Shown piece after piece: positions 50,270 through 64,000 of a stretch of DNA of 64,000 nt (positions are counted from its first letter, which is position 1; every line of letters starts with the position of its first letter). The position numbers and the translations under genes were made by a program. The stretch comes from Octopus sinensis (taxonomy: Eukaryota). Location: NCBI RefSeq assembly GCF_006345805.1, contig NC_043008.1, forward strand, positions 37,200,001-37,264,000, in the 5' to 3' direction. Under the pieces are notes generated by a model, which saw only the letters and a list, made by a program, of their open reading frames with translations, made no database searches and had not been told where the DNA came from.

Positions 50270-50580
50270 TGTCAGTTTTATGACGATGAGGGGGCCCAGC
50301 TGATATGATCAATGGAAAGCCTGCTCATGAAATTAACGTGCAAGTGGCTGAGCACTCCACAGACAGGTGTACCCTTAACGTAGTTCTCAGGGAGATTCAG
50401 CATGATACAGAATGTGACAAGGCTGGCCCTTTGCAATACAGGTACTACTCATTTTTGCCATCAGAGTGGACTGGAGCAAAGTTAAATAAAGTAACTTGCT
50501 CAAGAACACAACGTGTTGCCAGGAATTAAACTCCTGACATTACGATCATGAGTGGAATGCCCTAACCACTAAGCCATGCA
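50270..50580 (-). mobile_element. tRNA-derived SINE (head related to family E)
   Basis: CCCTAACCACTAAGCCATGC (reverse A-box) and CTCAAGAACACAACG core. Confidence 0.7.
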
Positions 50581-50904
50581 TCTGTCATCAGCTGTAAGCA
50601 CCATATGTCTATACCAATGCAGTCTTTTCTCTTACATACTATATCCCATTCTTCTTCTTAATCCAGAAAGTTTTGAACATTTTTTAGGAGAAGCATTTAC
50701 AGCTGTTCTAGAATATCGTAATTTTTGTATACAATTACAATACATCTAATAAGCCAACTTGCCAACACTTTTATTCCCGATTAAAGGAGACAGCTATATC
50801 AGCACTCTGAACACATCCCATTAAGCACTGCTTGTCACAGCTGACTACTCTGTAGAATGTAGCCAGAATATGAAACCATTTTGGAAGCTCACCATGCAGT
50901 AAGG

Positions 50905-51055
50905 TTTTGAGTTAAACTGGGCAGAAACACTGCAGAGGTTTATAGATTATTCCACAACACTTATGGATTAACTGGCATGAGCCAACCATCTGTTTTTCAC
51001 TGGCACAATAAATTCAAAGATGATAGAGAGGAGGTGAGAGCTGATGAGAAGTGTA
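50905..51055 (+). pseudogene. Mariner transposase N-terminal HTH fragment
   Basis: KLGRNTAEVYRLFHNTYG...MSQPSVFHWHNKFKDDREEV. Confidence 0.6.
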
Positions 51056-51099
51056 AGTATATTGAAAAGGAAAGAGAACAATATTCTACATCAGTAGTG

Positions 51100-52040
51100 A
51101 GATCATCAGAAAGTGGCCCCTTCCTAACAAAGCCCCATACAACACCAAAACAGCTGGATTGACATACCTCAAAGAAGATCTTAATTTGAAATGCTATGCA
51201 CACCAAAAAGAGACTATGCATGGGTATGTTTCCCAAAGACTTGAAGAAGACAGTAAAATAAACCTCACCTGGACTGCAGCATCACACCACACTTCAAATG
51301 CTATGCATTTGCAGTGCAAGGAAAAGAGATTGCTATGAAACACCTAGTAAACAAAAGAGGCAATGAAACCCTTGCAGTGTTAAGATGAAACCAAAAATGT
51401 AGATTATATTATATTTCTGTGGAAGGCATTGCACATGGGATTAGCAGCTACCCAAAAATGCCATCAAGGTACTACCACCTTATGCAACACAATGTTGTCA
51501 TAGAAACAATATACAAGGCCATCTGGAAAAAGACGGTCCCGAGGTAAATACAGAGAGCTTCTTTGTTATTGAACACATACACAAACATTAACACATGGAA
51601 TATAGGTGAAACCTTCCCTGCAAAACTCTTGTCAAGTGTAAACTTGTTTGGGACAGAGAAGGAAAAGTGTGTAAAGTCATAGAGATCAGCTGCATTGCTG
51701 ATGTGAATATCTCTTGGAAATTCGAAGTGAAAGGGGATAACTATAGACAACTGCTTTGAAACCACCAGCTTTTATATCCAGATAATAAATTCGCATTTAT
51801 ACCAGTAATAACTGGAGCCCTTGCTTTTGTTAGTAAATGTCTAAATGACAATCTGGACAAGCAGGGGTTTTCAGAAAAACAAATCAACCAACTGACTTGC
51901 ACATTACAAATACAATTTGTAAGTGGAACATTAAAAATATGCAAGACTTTTCTCAAGTTTGAAATGTGTATATGTTTTGTTATCTACATTTCAACAACTG
52001 AAGCCAGCTCCTTTCTTAGAGAAAGATTTCAAATAATTAA
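51100..52040 (+). pseudogene. Decayed RLE-type LINE 3' part, paralog of 19890-20970
   Basis: Colinear nucleotide similarity (HGYV, YAFAVQ, HNVV, FIPVITGAL). Confidence 0.75.
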
Positions 52041-52084
52041 AAACAGAAGAAACCTATAATTATAGATGAGTTGGTAGAATTCTC

Positions 52085-52507
52085 TTTTTTTTCTCTTTTA
52101 CTTGTTTTAGCCATTTGACTGCGGCCATGCTGGGGCACTGCCTTTTAATTGAGCAAATCGACCACAGGACTTATTCTTTGTAAGCCTAGTACTTATTCTA
52201 TCAGTCTCTTTTGCCAAACCACGAAGTTACAGGGACGTAAACACACCAGCATTGGTTGTCAAGCGATGTTGGGGGGACAAACACAGACACACAAACATAT
52301 ACACACATATACATATACATATACATATATATATACATATATATGACGGGCTTCTTTCAGTTTCCATCTACCAAATCCACTCACAAGGCTTTGCTTGGCC
52401 CGAGGCTATAGTAGAAGACGCCTGCTCAATGTGCCATGTAGTGGGACTGAACCCAGAACCATGTGGTTGGTAAGCAAGCTACTTACCACACAGCCACTCC
52501 TGCGCCT
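52085..52507 (-). mobile_element. SINE family B
   Basis: Similar to 10632-11037. Confidence 0.9.
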
Positions 52508-53401
52508 AAAGTTTTAAATGGAACGGCTTGAAGTATTTGATCTGACTCAAAACTTGGAGAATAAATTTTGCTAAGGTCAACTTTGCCTTTCATCTATTTT
52601 GGTGTTGGCACATAAAATATCATCTCTCTCTCTCCAGAAGAAATCAGTTGTCTTCAGACCTGAGAACTGATGGGCTCTATCACAATTAACTTGCCCAATA
52701 TACATCAGATGCCATGGATACTGCTCCTATAAATCCATAAGAGTTGACTGCCCCACAGAGGGATATATATACATATATAAACTTTCCTTAAATAGTAAAT
52801 TAAATTGTACTTTTATATTTTTGTTTTCTTAGTTAGTGAGGAAGGTTTCCTAGTTTCGGTTGTTAATTGTCCAAAAGCCTTAAACTATTCTATGTTTAAA
52901 TACTATTTCATTTAGCATATTTGCCAAGTCTTAAACAATATCATTTACTTTTTACATTGCACACATTCAATCTTACTGTTTTGATGAAGCCCTTTACAAA
53001 GTTAAAACCAAATATAAAAGCAACACTTTTTCATTATCTTCCATTAAGGTAAACATTATCTTTGCACTCGTCTTCAGTGTAAAACCAACACTCTTTTTCA
53101 TTTTCAACTTTCCTGTTTTAATGATAGCAAAAATCCATTCAATAAAATTTGCTTCTACCTTTTTTTCAGATAAAATTCACTTCACTGGTTAATTAATTTA
53201 ACTTTAACATTATACAGGGTTATAGCAAAATAATAAGCTAAAATGTGTAGAATTTAAAAATAAGATATTGCCTTAAAGAGTTGTTAAATATGATTATAGA
53301 AAGGTACTTAAACATGGTAAAAATGTTGTTGGATTAACACTTTGAACACCAAAATATTTTCATTGTCATCAAGAACTCCAATGCAAATCTATATAATCAA
53401 G

Positions 53402-53590
53402 CCTCCTCCTCCTTATCATCATCATCTTCCTCCTCTTCCTCCTCTTCCTCCTCTTCCTCCTCTTCCTCCTCCTCCTCCTCCTCCTCTCCTCCTCCTCCTC
53501 CTCATCATCATCATCATCACCATCCTCCTCCTCCTCCTCATCATCATCATCCCCTTCCTCCTCTTCCTCCGCCTCCTCCTCTTCGTTGTC
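53402..53590. repeat. (CCT)n/(CAT)n microsatellite, probably the expanded tail of the adjacent family C repeat (53590-53930, minus)
   Basis: Directly visible; abuts GTTTAACGGC...GCTGGCATGGGTTGGACGG. Confidence 0.85.
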
Positions 53591-53934
53591 GTTTAACGGC
53601 TATTTTCTATGCTGGCATGGGTTGGACGGTTTGACTGAGGACTAGCAAGCCAGTAGGCTGCACCAGGCTCCAATCTGATCTGGCAAGGTTTCTACAGGTG
53701 GATGACCTTCCTAACACCAACCACTACAAAGAGTGTAGGGGTGCTTTTTATGTGCTACCGGCATGGGAGCTAGTTAGGAAGCACTGGCTTCAACCACGTT
53801 CGGAAGGTGCTTTTCATGTGCCACTGGCATGGAGCCAGTCAAGGGGACACTAGCATTGATCATGTTCAGATTTTTACGTGCCACCACCACAGAGAGCCAG
53901 TCAAGTGGCACTGGCATCGACCCACTCATGAATT

Positions 53935-54510
53935 TCTTTTCTGCTTCTCCCTTGGCTATATGTACCTGTCTCCTAGCTGCCATTCTGGCTATCTGATACA
54001 GTTCCCTCCTACCCCCACTCTTCCAGGCTTTCCAGGCCTGTTTCTTAGCTCTAATGTCCCTATTGACAGTATTATCCCACCACCATGTTACCCTAGGTCT
54101 GGAAGGGACTTTGCACCAGTAGCCGATTTGGTCCATAGCACACAGCAAGCTGTCACACAAGAATTCCTAGTTGCCCTCTGTGTCCCAAATCTGTAGCTGC
54201 TCCTCCCTCTTATCAAATTTCTCAATGAGGATGTCCCTAAATCTCTGACCATGTCAAGGGTCCTTAAGCTTCCAAATCCTTCTTTTCTGGATTGGTCTGC
54301 TTCTTGGCATCCTTCTGGCTGTTAGTCTAAAATCACTAATAACTAGTCTATGCTATGGGGGTACATTCTTCACCAGGAGGGTCTTTGTATTTAAGAGCAA
54401 CCATGCATCCTGCTGTCTAGTGAGAATGAAATCAATCTGGCTAGCAGAATCACCTGATTGATAGGTTATCAGGTACCAGGCTAGCTTCCTGAAGTTGGTG
54501 TTGCATATCA
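53935..54510 (-). pseudogene. RTE LINE fragment (end of APE endonuclease and linker)
   Basis: LITYQSGDSASQIDFILTR, PQHRLVISDFR, IWKLKDP, TWWWDNTV...KKQAWKAWK. Confidence 0.8.
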
Positions 54511-55334
54511 ATAGGTTACTTGCATCACAGAACTCCTGTAGCCTTGTTCCCTCTTCGCTTTGGGAACCAAATACATGGCCCCTTCAAAACTTATTCTTTG
54601 ATCGTCTTGTATTGAAAAGATATAAAAGTTATTCCTTAACACTAAAATTATATTAACAATAGACATTTGCCTAGTTTCTGTGTGTTTTACACATTGTATT
54701 GAAGGTCTAAAAATATTGCCAAACTTGATTTGTTTTGTAGCATCCCTTCTCTTCATTAGTCCTTTGTTTTCTTTCAGTTAGACCTGTAATGTACTCCCTT
54801 TTAAATAGTAGTAGGACAATCTAAGCGAAAAATGTCAGAAACACCTATGCTATTTCCAGTTTTTTGTAATTGTGTACGTAGACAGTGTTTGCCAAATTAA
54901 AGAGTAATGTATGATTTTGAGAGTATTTGTGTTTACAGACGAAGAAAATGTACTGAATACATTGTTTTCATTTTCCACTGAGTTTCACATTGTCAGTTAA
55001 GTAAATGATGAAAGGAGGCAGCTTGACAATACATTAGCAAAAATATTTGTAAACACTGAAATATGAAAATGTGTCATCAAGATTTGATTGGTTGGCAAAA
55101 AAATGCCAGTAAATTTATCCATTTATTCATTTACCAGAGTTTACAACTATTCAATTGTCAAACACTGAACATATGATATATTCATCTATTCACATACAAA
55201 AACATGTCATATTTTCATATCTTCTGTAACAATCTACAATTCCACCTGAAAAAGGTATACAGAAGTAAGAAAGTAGGATATTGTTGATGTTATTTTGATT
55301 CTGATGATTAAATGAACTTTATTTGTCTACTCGA

Positions 55335-55813
55335 AATCAAAATCAAATTCGGTGACTGGCATCCATTGCTAGTGGAGTGCTAAGAGTACTATATGAGCGT
55401 GATTATTGCCAGAGCAACAAGCTGGCCTCCATGCTGATGGCACGTAAAAAAGCACCATTCGAGCATGATCATTACCTGTTTCACCTTACTGGCACTTGTG
55501 CTGGTGGGATGTGAAAAAACATTCAAGTAAGGTTGTTTCCAGTGCCGCTGGACTGGCTCTTGTGCAGGTGGCACATAAAAAGCACCATTTGAGCGTAGCC
55601 GTTGCCAGCACCGCCTGACTGGCCCTCATGCCGGTGGCACCTAAAAGTACCCACTACACTTTCGGAGTGGTTGGCATTAGGAAGGGCATCCAGCTGTAGA
55701 AACTCTGCCGGATCAGATTGAAGTCTGGTGCAGCAATCTGGTTCGCCAGACCTCAGTCAAATCGTCCAAACCATGCTAGCATGGAAAACAGACATTAAAC
55801 AATGATGATGATG
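55335..55813 (+). mobile_element. SINE-like repeat family C
   Basis: Similar to 47145-47625. Confidence 0.82.
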
Positions 55814-55868
55814 ATCATCATGCAGTCATTAAAGTTTAAGGTTTGTTAATGACTACTAACTATACATA

Positions 55869-57083
55869 TTAGGCTGTCACACATGAAATGTTGTATTTGG
55901 AAGGTTACAATAAAATGTTTCAGAAGGGTTAGAGAACTGATTTATTTAATTAAAATATGATCCATGTTCCTTTATGACCTTTACCCAACGTTTCTTTAAG
56001 TTACATATTCCATCTTTAAAATCAATTTCATTTTATGCTGTTATAAACTGTCCGAATGCTTCAATTACCTCTTCTCTGTTTAATAATGTTTTATTTCATA
56101 TGAAAAGCTCAAAATGCTTAAATAAGTGATAATCAGCAGGAAAATCTCATAATTAAGGCTTTGCAACTTTTGAACCATATCTTGCGAAGTGTAAAGACGT
56201 GTATTGTCGTGGAGCAAAATTGGGTCATCTCTATTCACTAGTCTGGGTTGCTTCTTCTTCAAATTCTCATGCATACAATCAATTACCTGGTAATACGATG
56301 TTGCTGTTCCATTTTTCCTTGCCACAAAAATGAATAATGAATAACCCCCTTCGCAGACCACCATACAGTTACCACTAAATTTTTAGAGTGCAATGGTGGT
56401 TTTGGGTAGTGTTTAGAGGGCTCTCTTGCATCTAATCACTGTCCTGATCTCCTGCTGCTGTCAAAGAGTATCCATTTCTCATTATATGTAATGATTCGAA
56501 TCAAAAATGGTTCTTTTTCCAGTCAAGAAAGCAATAAGAAGCACACTTCAGGGCATCTGATTTTCGAATCACGTTCAATTGTAGAACAAACCTATCCATT
56601 TTCTTGACTTTTCCAATTTTTTCAAGTATCAAGAAACAGTTGTGCAAGATGTTTGGAGTCCTGATGAACGTTTTCGGACTGTTGTTCTCAGATTTTATTC
56701 AACCAAAGCATTTAAGCCATCATATCTAGTAACTGATTTTGACCTCCCCCTTGGTACATTTTCTAGGCTATCATCTCCTGAACGAGATCTTTAGAAGCAT
56801 CTCTGAACAGTTCTGATGTCAGCAAAACCATTACTAAAGTCTCACTTGATATTCTGTAACGTGTCTGTGGCAGAGTGACCCAGTTTGTACTCAAACAAGA
56901 AAATCACTCAACATTGTTTGGTTGTTATCATTTTCATAAGATTGGTGGGTTCGAATTAGTTTACCAATGTTGTTTGGAAAGAAAAAGAGTCAAGATTAAA
57001 TGCAAGGGTATACATAACCGAGTTTTTAAATGACTGAAATGACAAGTAATTAAAAATGCAACATTTCATGTGTGTCAAGCTAA
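55869..57083 (-). mobile_element. Decayed mariner transposon
   Basis: TA-flanked TIRs TTAGGCTGTCACACATGAAATGTTG / CAACATTTCATGTGTGTCAAGCTAA; ORF 56080-56364 PRLVNRDDPILLHDNTR. Confidence 0.85.
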
Positions 57084-57789
57084 TATTCTTGCTTGATTCC
57101 CTTACAACCAATAAAGACATTTTAGTGTCTTGAAAGTGTTAACCATCCTAATATCTATTTTATTATATTTTAAGTATTATTTCATAATCATATTTAATAA
57201 GTTTCTTTTATTGTTTTAGTTTATGAATTACAATCACTTTAGCTTACTATTTTGCTGTAACACTGTATAAAGAAAAAACTAAATTGACTCAATGAAGTAA
57301 ATTTTATCAGAGAAAAGGTGAAAAGCACATTTTATTGAATGGTCTTTTGCTGTCATTTAAACAGAAAAGTTGGAAATGAAGAAGAGTTTTAGTGTTGCAC
57401 TGAAGACAAGTGCAAAGATTGTATCTACATTAAAGGAAGTTTATGAGAAAATGTCACTTTTATATTTAGTTTTAACTTCGTAATGGGTTACATCAAAAGT
57501 GAAGTGTATATAACTTACACAAGAAAATGAGACTGTTCTAGAGTTGGCAAATACAAATACAATAGGTTTCAAACATTGGAACTATTAACAATTTAGAATA
57601 ATTTGGACTCTTAACAATTTAAATCACTAAGCATTCTTTATTAGTTAACAACTAAACCGAAAGATGGAAATAAATGTCATCTTTTATTTAACAAAACTTT
57701 ATATATGTAATGTAATGTATTTATGTTTGGGCATTAGTATATGTTCATCCGTCTCCCGTTATCTCTATTTTTCTGTAAGCGAGCCAAAG

Positions 57790-59106
57790 ATCTTGTGCGA
57801 TTCACTCTTGACCTTGACAATGGTGTTAAAGCAGTGACCTTTGAGTTGCCTTTTTATCTTGGGGAAGAGATGGAAGTCTGCAAGTACTAAATCTGGGTGT
57901 AGAAGTGATATCATGTTGCTTTTGGCAAGAAACTCAGAAATGAGGAGAGCTCAGTGATTGAGTACATTGTCCTTATGAAGAATCCAATTCTTTGTGCTCA
58001 ACAGATCTGGTCACTTTCGCCAAATGTCCTCCCTCAAATGCTTCAAAACATAATTGTGGAACTCTCAAGAGATGGTCTGGCCGTGGGGGATGAATTCTCA
58101 ATGTACAATACTACGGATGTTGAAAAAAAGGATGAGCATGATCTTGATCCAGCAGTGAGCTGGCACATTCATTAGCACGCCGGGCGAAATATTTAGTGGT
58201 AATTTCATCTGCCATTACATTCTGAGTTCAAATTCCACCGCAGTCGACTTTGCCTTTCATCCTTTTGGGGTCGATTAAATAAGTACCAGTTATGCACTGG
58301 GGTCGATGTAATCAACTTCATCTCTTTGTCTGTTATGGTTTGTCCCCTCTATGTTTAGCCCTCTGTGGACAATAAATAAATATATATTCTTGATCCAGCT
58401 GTGACACTGTTGTGTTTTCTTTGGTCATAGAGATGAAGGCCTTTTCCATTGTGACGACTGCTGCTTCGCCTCAGGTACAGTGATGATCCTCTACATGAAG
58501 GATGGGTCATCAGCGGTATGCTGATGAAGATCTTGACAGACTTTAACGCAATATTCTTTCTGCCTAGTGGTCAGCAGGCAGGGGACAGATTTGGCAGAGA
58601 TACATCGCATGTTCAGTTCAGACATTAGGATTGCCTGTGCAGACCCATACGACAGACCAACAACATCAGCAATATTATTGATTGTCCCCCAACGATCTTC
58701 ATGCACCAGCTGAGGAATTTTCTCCATATTTCCGGAGGTGGCACTCGTGGCAGGTCTTCCAGATCGTTCATTGTCTCCCAGAGATATTCTTCCACTTCTG
58801 AGGCACCCATGTCTCTTGGAACATTGTGTATGACCCTCATCACCATAAGCTTGCCAATGCATGCTCAATGTCTCTGTAACAAACTTTCCGAGTGGAATGC
58901 AAAATTTCATGTTGGCTCTTTGTTCTGACCACAGCATACATGTGATCCCAAAAACACAAATTTCCCAATTTGCAAAGTAAACACATTGATGTCATTTGGC
59001 ACACTCCTTCATTAAGGTCACTGCTAGCTGTCACTGCACATGCAACCATGTGCTGACATCTGTTGGTGCACTACAGAACTAGTCCAAGAACATTTTGATA
59101 TCACCT
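57790..59106 (-). mobile_element. Decayed mariner-like transposon with a nested family A SINE
   Basis: ORF 58491-58937 EQRANMKFC...RSGRPAT...AKSVPCLL; downstream PDLVLADFHLFPKIK. Confidence 0.8.
58151..58387 (+). mobile_element. SINE family A inserted in mariner
   Basis: TSD TCTTGATCC(AGC) at 58142 and 58388. Confidence 0.9.
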
Positions 59107-59719
59107 GAAAGGATAAAAGGCAAAGTCGACCTCGGTGGTATTTGAACTCAGAATGTAAAGTTAGAAGAAATGCTGCTAAGCATTTTGTCTGGTACAGCAA
59201 TGATTCTACCAGCTCACTACCTTGAGCAGCAGAATAATAATAATAATAAAACTATTGATAAGGTAAGGAAGAGCGAGAGGGAGATGACAAGTGAGGGTTG
59301 GTGGATAAAGCTTGCAAGAGAGTGGAGAGAGAAAGAGAAACAGATAGTGACTGAGAAGGGGAAGATCAGCGATATATAGAGAACTGTTATAGATATGTGA
59401 TGGATGACAAAAGTTATACGAAAAGTGCTAAGGCACTCAAGAGGTACAGAAGCTGTGGAAGAGAAAGATCCAGAAAGATGAGAGACGAAGAAAAAAAATG
59501 TAAAGACCCTGCAAAAAAAAAAGGTGTAAAAATGTTTCAATAAATAAAATTTAAACACTAAAATGTACTCTTTTACTTGTTTCAGTCATTTGACTGTGGC
59601 CATGCTGGAGCACCACCTTTAGTCAAGCAAATCGACTTATTCTTTGGAAGCCTAGTACTTATTCTATCAGTCTCTTTTGCCGAACCGCTAAGTTATGGGG
59701 ATGTAAACACACCAGCATA

Positions 59720-60510
59720 TGTCACTGTCATCACAGTATTATCTACTGATGAGACATGATAATGTAGCTAGTACACTCTATAATGAAATCCATCAGAAGG
59801 ATAATCTCGAGGACAAAGAAATAAAACCCACTATATTGTAGAAGCCATAGTCACTCATAATAAATTGGAGTACTGGTGGAATGTACCAGTGAAGACCTCA
59901 ATAAAATGTAAGCACAATAGACCTAATATAATAATTTGGGATAGAGAAGTGAAACTGTGCACAGTTATGGCAATTAGCTGCCCAACAGATGTTAACATAA
60001 AGCTGAAGATTAGGGAAAAAGAGAACACCTATGCTGAACTATTAAGAAATCTGCAGTTACCCTACAGGTGTATGCTTGTAATTATTGGGGCTCTGGAATA
60101 TGTAACACACTGCCTAAATACCAATCTTGAGAAATTAGGCTTCTCAAAACCAGAAAGAGGAAAGCTAATTCGTAAACTACATATCCAATGTACTGTAACT
60201 GTAAATGTACTGGAACTGTAAAAGTCTGTAAAACTTTCCAGAAGTTTATCATTTAAATATATATAAGCATGTCTAGATATGCAACTATATGCAAGAGAAT
60301 TCATATCTAAAAATACAAATCTGCACATACATACATTCATACATACATTCATACATACATACATACATACATACATACATACATACATACATACATACAT
60401 ACATACATACATGCATACACACGCATAAACAAAAATACCCTGTTGTTGATGTTGAAATTCCAATGGGGGAGCCTTGGATCTAGGATAGAAACCAGTTCTT
60501 TCTCTATTGG
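59720..60510 (+). pseudogene. RLE-type LINE 3' end, third copy, with internal (CATA)n
   Basis: LMRHDNVA, EYWWNVPVKTSIKCKHNRPNIIIWDRE...ISCP...KENTYAEL...IIGAL. Confidence 0.82.
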
Positions 60511-61430
60511 TATATATGTATGTATGTATGTAGGTAGGTAGGTAGGTATGTAGGTAAATTATTGTGTCTGTGTTTGATCCCCACTACACCACTCGACAAT
60601 TGGTGTTTGTATGTTTATATACCCATAACTTAACAGTTCAGCAAAAGAGTCCAAGAGAGGCTTAGAGAACAAGTACCGGATTTTACTCATTTGACTAAGA
60701 AATTCCTCAAGGTGGTGCTCCAGCATGGCCACAGTCTATTGACTGAAACAAGTAAAAGATAAAGGACAAATGATATAAATACACACACATATATATATTT
60801 TTTGAAAGCAAAATTATATATAAATTTAAAAAGGAAAACACAAATACATATAAATTTAAATATATAACCCAAAATAAAAATGAAAAATAAATGTTGATGG
60901 CTTAAAAAAAAGAAAGGAAATTTCACGAGAGAGATTAAATAAATAAATAAACTGTTTTCCTTTAATCTCTAGTAACCACTTTATAATTTGATTTCACTTA
61001 TCTAGTATTTTATTTTCGTTTAATTCTGATGATTTATTGGTTATTTCATCCCACAGGGATTTTAAATTGAAGTCAGCTGGTGGGGGCCTGACATTACATT
61101 TCATTTTCTTTTTATGGGGAGTGGGGTCAGTAAAATAATATTAGCAAAGTAATGAAAGGGACGAGGGTGTTAATTAAATCATCGAGACCATTCTCCATAA
61201 TTTGTGGCTTTGTGCCAATAATAGAAATTATTATTGTTTACCACGTCAACAATTATATGTATTTATATAGATAAAGAGAACTGATATGCAAAGAACAATA
61301 TATAATGATGATATATAAATATTTACCCACTAACCTCCTCCAGGCACAGGCATGGCTGTTTGGTTTAGAAGCCTGATTTGCAGTAAATCATAAATCTGAA
61401 AGAGAAGCACACATTAACTTACAGAGCAGA

Positions 61431-61435
<5 letters not shown>

Positions 61436-61468
<33 letters not shown>

Positions 61469-61866
61469 TCATCATTATCACCATTGTTTAACGCTTTCCA
61501 TGCTAGCATGGGTTGGACGGTTCAACCGGGGTCTGGGAAGCCAGGAGGCTGCACCAGGTTCCAGTCTGATCTGGCAGTGTTTCTACAGCTGGATGCCCTT
61601 CCTAACGCCAACCACTCCGTGAGCATAGTGGGTGATTTTTACATGCCACTGGCACAGGTGCCAGGGGAGGCTGGCAACGGTTAGTGGTTTATACATGCCA
61701 CCGACACAGAAGCCAGTCAAGCCAGCACTGGTATATATATATAAACACACACACATATATACATACATATACACATATATGTATATATATATATATATAT
61801 ACATATATATGTGTGTGTATACATATAAATAGATAGATAGACATATATTCATACACACACACATAC

Positions 61867-61923
<57 letters not shown>

Positions 61924-62325
61924 CATCATCATTATCACCATTGTTTAACGCTTTCCATGCTAGCATGGGTTGGACGGTTCAACCGGGGTCTGGGAAGCCA
62001 GGAGGCTGCACCAGGTTCCAGTCTGATCTGGCAGTGTTTCTACAGCTGGATGCCCTTCCTAACGCCAACCACTCCGTGAGCATAGTGGGTGATTTTTACA
62101 TGCCACTGGCACAGGTGCCAGGGGAGGCTGGCAACGGTTAGTGGTTTATACATGCCACCGACACAGAAGCCAGTCAAGCCAGCACTGGTATATATATATA
62201 AACACACACACATATATACATACATATACACATATATGTATATATATATATATATATATACATATATATGTGTGTGTATACATATAAATAGATAGATAGA
62301 CATATATTCATACACACACACATAC

Positions 62326-62378
<53 letters not shown>
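61436..62378. repeat. Near-identical tandem duplication with ~457-bp unit (family C repeat plus microsatellite)
   Basis: ORFs at 61484 and 61941 translate identically; visible differences only in (TA)n length. Confidence 0.92.
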
Positions 62379-62381
<3 letters not shown>

Positions 62382-63660
62382 TGTGCATAAGGTATTTGAG
62401 GACATAATATTTTTCGGTCATTGCTGCATTTATTGCTAACACTGTCTAATCTTTGTTTCAGAAAGTAATAATAGCAGGCCCTCAGCTTACTCAAGAAATG
62501 AGGAGGCATGCTGTTATTGTGGTTATAAAGGCTGAACATAGCGATTTACAAATATCTTGATTTTTAAGTTTTAAGATCTTTCATCTAAAAAGTTTGTATG
62601 GAGTTAGAGACTGAAGAGGGAAACATATCACCAGTATCAAAACATAAAAAGCATTCTAAATGCTCTGAAATAATCAGGATTCCTAAATTTATCCAGCAAG
62701 TTTAACAGACCATTGATTACAATCCTAGAAAATCCATGAGGTCAATTGCAAAAGATCTCCATGGGTCAGAAGGAGGAGGCAGAAATATTGTCCATGAAGA
62801 CATCAGATATAAGTCTTATATGATGAGGAAAGGTCAATTTGTGTCAGAAAAAGCATAAGAAAATCACTACATCAGATCTAAAAGGTTCTTAAAGAAACTG
62901 AAAAATCCAGCAGAAGAAGATTTGATTTGGTTTTTCTCAAACAAGAAAAACTTCAACCAAGATCAAAACGTTAACAGCAGAAATGACAGATGGTTATGTG
63001 CAGACACTTCTAAAGTTCCAAGAGTTATGCATACAAAATTTCCTGCAACTGCCATGGTTTTAGGGGTTGTCAACAATGTAAGAGATGTGATGGTTCCTTA
63101 CTTCTTTCCACTAGGTGTTAGAGTTAACTCTGCATTGCAATCCTGAAAACAATTGTTAAGCCCTGGATATGGAAGGCCATATGTGTTTCAGTAAGACTCT
63201 GCACAAACACACATGACTCTAGTAACACAGGATGGCTGAAAATGTTCATGATCACATATGCCCTAACATTTGCCCTCCTAATTCCCCAGATCCCAATCTA
63301 ATGGACTATCACATGTTCAAATCAAGTGATCCTGGTTCATTTTGGACGTTACTCTGACTATGGCAGCTTTCAAAGAATCTTTGGTGTTATGCCCATAATA
63401 CCAAAGATTCTTTGAAAGCTGCCATAGTCAGAGTAACATCCAAAATGAACCAGGATCACTTGATTTGAACATATAGATGACTTAGATCTCATATAGAATC
63501 CGTTATGAAGCTGAAGGTGGCTTTATTGAATAACATTATGGAAAAGAAGGTTTATTGTTATCCTCATAGTATTTTTTGATAAATAAAGTTATTATCTGAA
63601 GTTATATATCTGCTTTTTTTTATAAGCATAAATCTGTCCTCAAATATCTTATGCACCCTA
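62379..63660 (+). mobile_element. Tc1/mariner superfamily element (maT/DD37D-like), full length, decayed
   Basis: TIRs CAGTGTGCATAAGGTATTTGAGGACA / TGTCCTCAAATATCTTATGCACCCT in (TA)n; FSNKKNF..QNVNSRNDRW, TKFPATAMVLGVV, YVFQ*DSA, PPNSPDPNLMDY. Confidence 0.88.
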
Positions 63661-63668
63661 TATATATG

Positions 63669-63725
<57 letters not shown>

Positions 63726-64000
63726 TATGTATGTATGTATGTATGTATGTATGTATGTATGTATGTATGTATTATGTATGTATGTATGTATGTATGTAAG
63801 CATGTATGTGCCTATATACTGGTGAATCAAAAGAAGACTTCAATATCTTGGAAACAGAAGATTAAATTTATTAAATGACTTATGCATTCAAAACTCTGAG
63901 TTTCTTGATAGCAATTTATTCCATAAATGTTATCATGTGTCAGCTGTTGCAAGCATATTTAATACAGAAAGAAGCACTGTTAGTGTGTGCCAAAAGCCAA

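Noticed and set aside
59746-59770. CTGATGA motif
   Set aside because: Codons of LMRHDNVA in the RLE LINE fragment; no hammerhead stems

Overview
Eukaryotic, AT-rich, repeat-dominated window with no intact protein-coding gene. The mix of tRNA-derived SINEs, Tc1/mariner fossils, RTE and RLE-type LINE fragments, Penelope-like elements (PLEs) and dense (TA)n/(CA)n/(CAT)n microsatellites suggests intronic or intergenic DNA of a coleoid cephalopod such as Octopus (inference). Nearly all listed ORFs are microsatellite read-throughs or decayed transposon fragments. The main hidden signal is about 14 loci with type I hammerhead-ribozyme-like motifs. Most sit in 200-500 bp PLE pseudo-LTR-like cassettes, often inside (TA)n tracts, and several have inverted 5' copies. 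They include one canonical hammerhead (22656-22732) and distinct families with a compensatorily swapped catalytic 3-8 base pair: U3-A8 at 7516-7549, 4979-5012 and 45410-45446, and G3-C8 in both arms of a 262-bp palindrome at 49661-49922. A further three-copy family has U at the normally invariant A6. All structures were folded by eye and activity is untested. Repeat boundaries are approximate unless TIRs or TSDs are quoted.
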